Shown here in pieces: positions 24,411 to 34,816 of a stretch of 51,307 nt of DNA. The stretch's first letter is position 1, and each line of letters starts with the position of its first letter. The stretch spans positions 1 through 51,307 of the forward strand of contig JAUCBJ010005761.1 in assembly GCA_032718475.1 (NCBI GenBank), written 5' to 3'. This stretch comes from Nemertoderma westbladi. Lineage: Eukaryota > Animalia > Xenacoelomorpha. The translations under genes and the position numbers were made by a program. The notes under the pieces were generated by a model that saw only the letters and a list, made by a program, of their open reading frames with translations, was not told the DNA's origin and did no database searches.

Positions 24411-26594
24411 CTACATCGTCCGTATCGTGTAAATCGATAGGATGACCGGTTTATAATTACCCTTAATAGGGTTTACTATAGGAGTTTCTACTTCACTAGC
24501 AGTATAGATGCATGTAGGCTCCACACCTTGCGCATGAAATACTTCAGACCTAACAGGTTGACACATTGTTACCGGGGTTGGTGGTATACCCCTTTGGGTA
24601 TTTACTAATTTATCGCGTTCTAACGCGATACTCTGCTGCACTTCATGCAACTCTAACCTACTTTCCCTTACTGTGCCCTTGAACTGTTGAACAGTCTCCT
24701 GCATCTGCCCGAGCAGGAGATCCATCCCCCGCCGTCTCTCATCCACCCACTCGACTGCCGAAGCGGGAGCCGCCAACATAGTAGCGGGTGGACGAGGGAC
24801 AACGGGCGACAAATCATTGATATTTCGCTCGGAGTCCAGGACAGGAACTGTCTCAGGGGCTGTTCTGCTGGGCACAGGTAGTTTAGTGCTGTGCAAAGGG
24901 AATTTAGAGGTAGGTTCTGGGAGTACAGGTGTCTCTATCACCGAAGGGGTGGCTTCGAGAACAGGCCTAATTATTTCAGGCTCATCTACTATAGTAGGGA
25001 GTCTTTCGACTCTAATAATTTGGTCTGTGGGTTCTGTACTACCTAAGTCTGTGCTAGCTAGTTGCCTTCTAACAGCTGGGGGCAAATCAGGCAATTTCTG
25101 ACGGTGGGGCATTCTTCTACGCCTGCTTAGACGAGATCTATTTCCTCTGCCTTCAGGATCGGTGGTATCGCCTTCATCAGATGATGTAAATCCCTGCCTT
25201 TTGGGAGTAGATCGACTTATCATCTGCATTTGACTAGCTGTTAACTGTTTATTTATGCAGTCTTGCTTCTCTTGAAGATTTTCCAACTCTAGTTGGGTGG
25301 TCTCTTCAGACGCTCTCCGTTCTGCTTCTGCCACTGCCTCTGCCGCTTTTCTTTCCGCTTCTGCCGTTGCCACTGCCGCTTTTCTTTCAACTTCAGCCGC
25401 TGCCGCTGCTGCTGTCTTTCTGTCTTCTATACGTTTTTTCTTTACTTGTTCTTCTTGGACTCTAGCGATGCGGAGGCGTTCATCAAATTTAGCTTGGTTC
25501 GCAGCTAACATTTCCGCATCTATTGCGTCCAACACAAGCTTGGCTCCTTCATTTTTAGGGCGAAGTCCAGCCAGCCGTCTCCTCAACTCTTCATCACCTA
25601 GAAATCGTTGATAGTCTGACAGATAGATGTCAATAGTGTCCCTCTTCTGCGGTTTCTCTGCTGTCGCTTCGCTTTCCACTTGAGAAAAGGTAGCGTCTGT
25701 TGATTCTCCATGGGTTGAGCGCTCAGCCAGCTGAGATTTCCACTGGGCTGTTCCTTGAACCTTGAGACCCACCCGCTGGAACCAACTCTTTACGGCAACT
25801 TGCAACGACGTGTCTTGTCTTCTTTTCGAAGCTTCCTCAAAGGCCGATAGGATTAGTCTGATTCTTAGAATTCTTTCTCTAACTTGATAAAGCAGCTCTC
25901 CCTGCTCTTGAGGTCCTTGGGGTTGTTGAAACAGTTGTTCCTCTAATCGCTCCAAAGAGCTGAAGAATCCCTGTACGTATCCTGCTGCCAACCTCTTCCA
26001 TACAGCTGGATCACTAGTATCCTTTGTCACTCCCATCCTGTGTATGTCTTCCCAGGCAGCTTCCGATAAGTCAAACGGGAGTCCGGGTCTGGGGAAGTTC
26101 CATTGCGACTCGACAATAGACTTCAGTTCCTCCCTTGTGTATCCCGCATAACTGTCCTTGGTCGATCACTTACTTCTCGCCCAATCAATTTGGTGTTCCT
26201 CCACCGCAATCAATACCCTAGTGAGTACGGCTGCAGGAAGAATGAGAAGGGGATCCAAATAAACCGCATCTGCCATCTTTGCTCCGCGCTCGGGTGTCAG
26301 CTCTACAGTATCCGAACTACTGGAGCTATCGGGCCGCTGAGAAATAAGTTCCCGGCTAGGGTGTTGCTGCTGTTTGACAGCTGCTTCTTGATCCCGCTTG
26401 ACTTGAGCCCGAGTGCCTATGATAGACCCACGGTGTTGGACCAGCCCAGGGTCTGATACTACTACTGGAGGGATGATCTTTCTTACAGTAGGAGGTGAGT
26501 TGAACTGCGGTCTCAAACGTTCAGCACTCCTATCTGGGTCACAGATGGTTGTATCTAGGAGACTGTCTGACAGGTTTTGCTTTGTGTCAGACAT
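24411..26594 (-). CDS. Element ORF1, about 727 codons, interrupted by a single in-frame TGA (26166-26168); helical/coiled-coil then Pro-rich, possibly Gag-like
   Basis: The 142-aa (26166-26594) and 541-aa (24411-26036) ORFs are in the same frame; the 43 codons between them are open (STKDSYAGYTREELKSIVESQWNFPRPGLPFDLSEAAWEDIHR). Confidence 0.65.
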
Positions 26595-26729
26595 GTCTGT
26601 TTGTACAGTTGAACGCCTACTGCTATATCTACAGTTAAAGCAAGTCTAGCAATTCAGTATCAACTATAAGCCTAGTATTTAATTACCGATATCGTTACTC
26701 AGTGTAACGTGATATATATACACAATATA

Positions 26730-26990
26730 TTAGAATACCAGTATACGCTTATAGGATATATATAAGTATTATTACAGACTAGGTTTGTCACAGAATACCG
26801 GTATATAATTTCAGCACAAATATATATAAATATATAATAAGCCTATCGTGAATACCGGTATACAACTTACACTTATAGTATATAAGTATAATTATAGACT
26901 AGAATTAATTACAGAATACCGGTATATAATTTCAGCTCAAATTTATAGAAATAAATATAATAAGCCTATTGTAAATACCGGTATGTCAAC
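26730..26990. repeat. About 125-bp tandem duplication in the element's non-coding leader
   Basis: ACAGAATACCGGTATATAATTTCAGC...ATATAATAAGCCTAT.GT.AATACCGGTAT occurs at about 26789 and about 26911. Confidence 0.75.
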
Positions 26991-28509
26991 TATTTTAGAA
27001 TAATTGAATTTCTGAATTTTAGGGGTTACTTGGTTACTTTACTTTAAGTTATTACCGTTATTTAAGCAGTAGTCCAACTGATATTAAGACCTAATTGTTG
27101 TATGACAGGCCTACTATTTTATAAATCGGTTTGAGTTGATTTATAATATATATACCCGTTTAATGGGTTTTGTTACAATATTTGAAATAAATGTTATTAT
27201 TTCTGGGAAGGAGTCACTACACAGAAGCTGTACGCTCTCAGTGAAGTGCTACCTTGTTGGACACTAAAAACAAATAATTCTAATTGCCTAAGTTACTTAT
27301 TACTACAAATTATGTACAATTGCGGGGTGAGATTACAATCTCTAAATAAACACAAAAATTACACGTACGAATTTTTAGGGTTAATTTTACAAGAAATCTA
27401 CAAACCAGCCTAACAAAGGGTTAGAATTTCTGGTTATTACAAACGGACAGGATACTACGGTATTTGAAAATAATAAAGCAGTAGTAAATATATTGCGTTG
27501 TCTAGATAGGAAAATACCACCGTCTGATGACTTATAGCCGTAGCGCAATAAGGTACTACGTTATGTACACGGAGTGTTCCTACCTAGAAGTTAATTACCG
27601 CAGCCTACTATAGCTAACGTGCCTATTAACCACTTTACAACACGAATATACTGCCTACACACTAATTACCTTCGGAAAGCACTGTACACTAAACCCTAAA
27701 TTAGGTACAAGTACTTATACAACAAATAACCAGCAGTTAAAAATACTTGTACAGCTAAAAGAACCACGGTATCTGCCGGAGTGACCAGAGCATAAAATCA
27801 CCAGTCTTTACCTACGCCGAACAGCCCTGATGTAGTACCGGGGTTAATTAACTATAACGGTATGTATAACACGCACAATTACGGTAGGAATAAACTTGGG
27901 GGTGTGAATGTTGCGAATAATCGCATAAACTCTGAATAATAAATATTACGCTACCCGTATAGACTACACAAACAAAATACAAACCAAATGCTGGCAGACT
28001 ACTATCAAGCCTAAATAAACTACAGTATATGCAGACTCCGAAATGGTTAGTTAGTATGCGTTCTAACCGAGTAGTATGACTTATTCTTTCGGGGGGGGGG
28101 GGGGGGGGGGGGATTTACCTTACAGCACTGGATGCCCCCATGTTCCTAACTAGTACTTTATCGGACATACACTCTACACACACTGCAATCTCTTCAGACC
28201 TAACAACAGCCAGACAACAATCCAGCCTACAAATTATTTGTACAATCTGCGCAGGCTTACATGCCTTCTGCTCAATATTAACTTACAAATAAATAAAACT
28301 GACAGAAATAAGTAAATCCCAATAAAAAACCAGGGCGGCCGTCCCTGATTAAATATCAAGACCTACCGGTATATAATTACCAAAATCGAATAATACTGCT
28401 GTACCTGTACTGCTGTAAGTACCGGTTCGGGTGGTTAGGTAGTCAGGCCTACTGGTTACCGGTCGACCGGTACTTTGCCTTTTATTGCCTACGTTGCAAT
28501 AAAGAAGCA

Positions 28510-28520
28510 ATAACTGTTAT
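28510..28520 (-). other. Non-tRNA primer-binding site (ATAACAGTTAT), complementary to an LTR-internal 11-mer
   Basis: No TGG follows the 5' LTR; the minus-strand ATAACTGTTAT at 29253-29243 (and 21099-21089) is its exact complement. Confidence 0.55.
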
Positions 28521-29688
28521 TGTTCGCGCTTTTAGACCTTTAGCAGTTTAACCTGCCAAATTTAGGTGTCTTCTAGGTTATAAATCGACTTTAGCCTATA
28601 ACAAGTATTTGATACACACAAAGTTACATTAGCCGAAGCCAGCCTATGCGCGATCACTCACCCACGGTTAAGGGAGACTGGATTCGGATGCTCTGACCTT
28701 ATTGCGGTGTAGGCCTACTGTACTATTCGATTGATCGTTAATATATAATCTCTGACAAATATTTTTCACTTTCGGGAAATATTAACAGTTCCTTTAGGAC
28801 GTGGTGCTCTTAGTATGTAAACAGAGTTATGACTTACACTAAACACAACGGGATGGCTAATGATTTACGTATAAAGCGCATTCTTTAGGAAATGCTTTGT
28901 TATCTATCACACTCATGCACAATACCGCACACTGCTGCACACTGATCTGCTGACCTTCACTAATTTTAATCATATATAAGGAGAACAGCAACTGACACAT
29001 GTAGGGTCTATGAAATAGCATTCAATTCACTCCAAAACCACTATAATGTAAGTCGCAATTGCTATATGTAACCGGTCTCTCTAACCTTCAGTATATCAAG
29101 AAGATTGGGTTTTCTGATTATTTATCGATATTCTCCAAATATAACAACATTCCATCAACTTATAACAATTAATAACCGACAGTAAAGAGCAGTAAAATAA
29201 TGCGGTGAAAGGTATGTATAGCATTTGAGTCTGACCAGTTCGATAACAGTTATACGTTTCTATGATCAAAGCCGTTCTAATGTTTGGCTAAAGTCTGAAA
29301 CACAGAATAATTTCACAGCCGATGTTCTGGGCTCAGGAAAAAAGGTAAACAAAGACCATAATGCATTGCGCGATTTCCCGGAGGCTTCTGTGCAAATAAA
29401 ATGAAAATCGCTCTGATTGGTCGAGCCGAACAAAGAACAAAGAAAAGCTATACGTGGACATATCAGCTGATAGATGTCGTCATCTGAACTACACTGTATC
29501 AAGAGTATTTTGGCGTATTGCGGCATAAAATCGCTAGTTATGTCCGCTAAAGTACACATACAGAAAAATTGCTTTTTATGTCCACTAAAACACCTACACA
29601 GTAAGAAAACGGCTTTTTATGTCCGCTAAAACACCTACAGAGTACTTTGCGGGAAAAATGACTAGCTAGATCCGCAAAAGCCTTTACA
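28521..29688 (-). repeat. 5' LTR of the pol-less element
   Basis: Matches 20367-21534. Confidence 0.93.
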
Positions 29689-29693
29689 AGCAA

Positions 29694-30119
29694 CCTGACA
29701 TTTTCATGCCGCTCTACACACACACACCTCACTACACAACTTACAGTATACTTTAATGTGTGTGGAGAGCGACATGATATTTTCATGCCGCTCTATACAC
29801 ACACACCTCACTACACAACTTACAGTACTTTAATGTGCGTGGAGAGCGACATGATATTTTCACGCTGCTCTACACACACACACCTCACTACACAACTTAC
29901 AGTACTTTAATGTGTGTGGAGAGCGACATGATATTTTCATGCTGCTCTACACACACACACCTCACTACACAACTTACAGTACTTTAATGTGTGTGGAGAG
30001 CGACATGATATTTTCATGCAGCTCTACATACACACACCTCACTACACAACTTACAGTACTTTAATGTGTGTGGAGCTGTGGAGAGCGACATGATATTTTC
30101 ATGCCGCTCTTCACACACA
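29694..30119. repeat. 77-bp tandem satellite (about 5.5 units here plus one unit at 20308-20366), each unit a stem-loop
   Basis: Units start at 29701, 29780, 29857, 29934, 30011 and 30096; within each unit TCATGCCGCTCTACACACACA pairs with TGTGTGTGGAGAGCGACATGA (19/21). Confidence 0.9.
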
Positions 30120-30732
30120 TTTCAGAGGAAAATCATGTGGTATGTACTGTATGTGAGTGCAGCGCTGGCACTTGTCAGCTTGTGGGCCACCGTACATAAT
30201 TGAGGTTATGTTCGATAGGCCTATGTAATACTAATAACTATGTTACATTCGATCCTGATTACGTTCGGTCTGTCATCAACCATAATCTGTTAATGGCCTA
30301 TGCTATCTCAGTATCTCTGTATCTGTCTATCTGTCTATGCCTGTATGCTACTGTCACCAGGTCACTCACTGCATTATCTGATTTCACAGTTCAGCAGTTG
30401 TACTGTGTACAGTGTACTGCAGTACTGTTTGACTGTTGTAAGCCTCCTAGCGTGTATTTGGTACTTAGCACTTAGTACCGCCACCGCCAGTACCGGTACC
30501 TGATATTTGGACTATGGGACAAGGGACAGGACAACAAGTGGTAACTGTGGTAGGCTGGTAGGCCTCCGCCTCGCCTACTGACCTACCTATCAGCCTATGC
30601 GTGTACTCTGTACCCTATGCTGTTGGCGGTGGCAGCGTGGCGTGGCAGGTACCGGGTATATCATACATAATATCCGTTGCCAGGAATTTTTAGCTTTAAA
30701 TTGCAGAATTGCTAACGGTTCTAGGCCTAGGC

Positions 30733-31177
30733 CTATCACATTTGAGGCACAGCTGCACAGTGACAAACACGAAACACCTTTCCCCAGTCAGCCAGTGGCC
30801 ATTTTTGGACCGATTTGTCTCAAATTTCACACATACACTCTCTGACCTACAGGCAGGGTATGTGTAACTTCATAGAAAATCAATTTTAAATTAGGGTTAT
30901 TTTCCGCTTCGAGCTGTCCAGCGGCACGATTGAAAATCGTGAGTTTTTTCTCAGAAAGTCAATTTTTGTCTGTTTTCAAATGTGCACCATTTCCTCAATT
31001 TTCCTTCAATTTGCCGGAAAATCTACAGACAGACACCCCAGGCTGCCAGGTCTGCAGGTCGTGTAATTAATGTGGTGTAAATTTTACGGCTGCAGAGGAC
31101 GATGTGCCCTTCGCGCAGCACGTGAAAAACTGTATTTTCTATTTAAATACTTAACTTAATTTGACCACTGTCAGTAC
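30733..31177 (+). repeat. Dispersed repeat, copy 1 (inverted copy at 45090-45451); probable non-autonomous DNA transposon
   Basis: Colinear similarity (GTGGCCATTTTTGGACCGA.TTGTCTCAAATTT.ACACATACACTCTCTGA...TTAACTTAATTTGACCACTGTCAGTAC) with the reverse complement of 45090-45451; CACAGTG/CACTGT near the ends. Confidence 0.75.
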
Positions 31178-31244
31178 CGCCCTTCCAGTCCAGTAGGGCC
31201 TACCTGCCTACCGGTACCAGATTACCGCACTACAGCACTACCGG

Positions 31245-34200
31245 CAGTCGGGGAGAAGTTCAAATTTCAACTGAGTTGAAATTTAAAACTTTTTTTTAAA
31301 ATTCAACTTTTAAGTTGTAAATTCAACTCTAAAATGGCAGGAGGTGCAGAAGGCCCCCAAGACGTCACAGAAGGGGTGTTTTGATTGTTTTTATGGATGT
31401 AACTCGAAAAATTAACCCTCATTACCGATGGAATAAAAAGTTTCACCGTCGGGAATACTTTTTTTAAAAACATTTTAATTAATACCTCTAATTAATACTA
31501 TACCATCACTAATTAATAAACGAAATAAAAATTCAGCCCCATCACTAATATTCCATAATAAAAAAGCCATCACCAACCCAACAAAGATTGCTGCTGTGTT
31601 TAATGACTATTATAGTAAAGTAGGTAGTAAACTTGACTCAGAAATCCCTAACCATGACTGCTCACCATTAGACTACCTCACTAATACCATGCTACCACAC
31701 CGCCTAAGGGATTTCACCGCAGTCACAGAACAGCAGTTAATTGAAATCACAAAAAAACTGAATCACAAAGCTGGTGCAGGGTGCGATGGATTAGGTGCCA
31801 AGGTAATAATACCCACGATTAAGAACATTGCTAAGCCTCTAACCTTCATTATAAACTTTTCCCTGGCTACCGGCATTGTCCCAGATATCATGAAAATTGC
31901 CCGAGTTATTCCAGTGTTTAAATCTGGAGATTCTACTATCCCTATAAACTACCGGCCTATATCAGTCTTACCTTTCTTCTCAAAACTAATAGAAAAGGTT
32001 GCATACGAACAACTTCTTGTGTATATAACTAAACAAGCAGTCCTTACACCCGACCAATTCGGATTCCGAAACAACAGATCCACCCAATATGCATTACTCA
32101 GTGTATTAGACTACATAACTGAAGCCTTAGACAACCACAAAATGACCCTGGGTATCTCAATCGACCTATCAAAGGCCTTCGACACTGTGAATCACTCTAT
32201 CCTCATTGACAAATTGAATCATTATGGAGTCACGGGTGTCCCTCTTGCTTGGTTCACTAATTACCTATGCAATCGCCAGCAATACGTTGAAATCAATGGT
32301 GCTAAATCAGATCTGTGTACCCTGACCCACGGCGTACCCCAGGGCTCAATACTGGGTCCTCTGCTGTTCATAATATATGTCAATGACCTGGTAAATGTAT
32401 CCAAACTATTTAAACATATCCTTTTTGCAGATGATACGAATTTGCTTTTATCAGGTTCAGACATAAATAACATTATTAATACCTCTAACACTGAACTGGA
32501 CAAACTAACAAAATGGTTTCAAATAAATAGACTGTCACTGAATGTGGACAAAACCAATTATATTATATTCTATCAGACTAATATAAAAAATTATAATACC
32601 GATACACAAAAAGTAACTATAAATGGGAAAATAATAAAACAAAAACAATGTATAAAATTCCTAGGCATTCTAATCGACGAAAATGTAACTTGGAAAGATC
32701 ACATATCCCACATACACACCAAAGTAAGTAGAAATGTAGGAATCATAAATAGAATTAAATCATTCTCACCAACCCCAGTTCTCACTAAATTATATTACTC
32801 ACTGATAGAACCTTATTTTAATTACTGCATCTCTGTTTGGGGCCAAGCGTTAATGCAATCAAGTTCGGATACAGCTACACAGACTTCGAGTAAATATAAG
32901 GGTCCCCGCCGACGTAGACGCAAACCTAAAAACCAAACAATGAGCATCCGTAAATTACATAACCTACAACAACGCGCATTTAAAATAATTAAATACCACA
33001 ACCCAACGTTTAACCCACACTGCATACGTTCTCTTTACATTTCACAAGTAGGTGCAATCTGTTTCAAGTACATCAATGGATTACTCCCTATGGATATTTT
33101 TCCACATCTTTTGACTCCGGTAAACCAAATTCACTATCATCAAACCCGTGGATCGTCTCAGAATAAATGCTTCATTGTTAGACATAGGTTAAAATTACGA
33201 AACAATTCCATATTTATACAAGCCCCACACATATGGAATTCTCTGCCTGCTGATGCACGACGGGCCGCTTCTTTTAACTCGTTTAAACAAAAACTTTCAG
33301 TGCATCTATTAAAATAATTAAATTGTAGTATTACTTAATAGTTACTTTCGTTTAGTTTATAGTTTATATAATATCCATTACATTGTTTAACAGGTCTTTA
33401 AAATAAATGATGTACCCTATCTTGTTGATGTAAGTACGTAAGTAGTTTGTTTATATTAGTTTAGGTTAGGTGGATTATATTATGTACCCATCTTATAACT
33501 GTACTGTATATGCCCCCAACACATATATTTATGTGCCCATCTTTATATCTGTGTGTATATGCCCCCAAGAGTTTTTTTTTTGTTTTGTATTTGTTTTTAC
33601 AGAATCTATATCTTAAAGTACTTCGGTTTATACCTACGAAATTGTTTTATACTTAATGCAATATATTAGAATTACTGTCAATATTACAATACTTAATTAG
33701 GCCTAATGTAGTTAATAATAAATAAATTAATCGCTGTGTTACTGGTGCCTGAAATAATGGGACTACCCGTCCAGGTACCAGCTACACGTAGAGTACATTA
33801 TGTGCATGCATATATTATATACAATAGTTATCAATTTATTTAGTACAAATCTGCTCTATATCTGTGTAGAAATTGTTAATAAATCTTATCTTATCTTATC
33901 TTATCTTATCTTATCTTATCTTATCTTATTTTAAGTGATTAGGCCTACATTTGCAAATTAGCTGAAATACTACGGGAATTTATTAGATGTATTAAATTAC
34001 CGCTGAATGTCATAATTATTATACAATGGAATACAAGTAATTCCATATTTCAGTATTTCCAAAGTTACTCCAAAAGTTGAATTTTAAAAAAAGTTGAATT
34101 TTAAACTCTACTCCAAAAGTTGAATTTTAATAAAAAGTTGAATTTTAAAAAATAAAGTTGAAATTTCAACTCAGTTGAAAATAGAACTTCTCCCCGACTG
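31245..34200. mobile_element. Non-autonomous TIR element (about 0.5 kb of its own sequence) interrupted by a LINE
   Basis: 40-bp TIRs CAGTCGGGGAGAAGTTC...AACTGAGTTGAAATTT (2 mismatches); subterminal AGTTGAATTT repeats; ACCGG on both flanks (31240-31244, 34201-34205). Confidence 0.8.
31505..33929 (+). mobile_element. 5'-truncated CR1/L2-group LINE with an intact RT ORF (31596-33317) and a (TCTTA)n tail
   Basis: NYRPISVLP, QFGFR, DLSKAFDTV, GVPQGSILGPLLF, LFADDT, KFLG, YCISVWG, LQQRA, WNSLP; no endonuclease domain; AATAAA followed by (TCTTA)9 at about 33878-33928. Confidence 0.92.
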
Positions 34201-34361
34201 ACCGGTACCTACTGCACTGTAAGCTGGTAAGTAGGCAATCAACTAGTCAAATAATATTTTAAGTGGGGGTTTTCAATTGTACTGGCGGCACTGGGCAGCT
34301 GGGGGGGGGGGGGGGGGGGGGGGGGACTCGCAGGTTACAGTAGTGGCGGCCTCAACCCTAA

Positions 34362-34552
34362 TTAAAACTGTCATGTAACCAGTAAGTGTGTAACCCTAAC
34401 CCTAAGTCGAATAATCTACGAAATTTAGCGGAATTTCTGCCATTATTGTCATTAACAGGCCTTACAGCCTTGCAGCCTTGTGGCAATAATATCAGAAATT
34501 CCGCTAAATTTCTTAGATTATGACTTGGGTTAGGGTCGCATGACAGTTTTAA
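34362..34552. repeat. About 190-bp foldback/MITE-like inverted repeat
   Basis: TTAAAACTGTCATG...TAATCTACGAAATTTAGCGGAATTTCTG pairs with CAGAAATTCCGCTAAATTTCTTAGATTA...CATGACAGTTTTAA. Confidence 0.7.
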
Positions 34553-34816
34553 CGGTCCTACGAATTACCCCAAAACACCCCAAAATAGTAGGCCCTATAA
34601 AACTACCCCAAAATAGTTTAGAATTACCCCAAAATACTTTTTTTTGAGCCTTTGTTTTTGTGACGGGATCGGAGGATCCCGACCGGTGTGGTTTATGTAC
34701 GCGTCAGCCGCACCGTGATGGAAAAGGAGTTTGTGTTGTTCCAATGTTCTTTATAGTATAAAATGTATTGTATAATATAGATATAATGGCAGATAGCACA
34801 GTTGAGATAACTGACA

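Larger units (their letters stand above)
20367..29688 (-). mobile_element. Structurally complete LTR element (9322 bp) without recognisable pol or env
   Basis: Direct repeats 20367-21534 and 28521-29688 (1168 bp each, TG...CA ends, about 9 substitutions found by eye); 5-bp TSD AGCAA at 20362-20366 and 29689-29693; all long ORFs on the minus strand; PPT-like CTGGGAGCGG abuts the 3' LTR. Confidence 0.93.

Noticed and set aside
29701-30119. CRISPR-like appearance of palindromic repeats
   Set aside because: The intervening loops are identical rather than unique spacers, there are no cas genes, and the context is eukaryotic.
34390-34405. TAACCC telomere-like repeats
   Set aside because: Only about 2.5 units inside a foldback element; not a telomere or a meaningful interstitial array.
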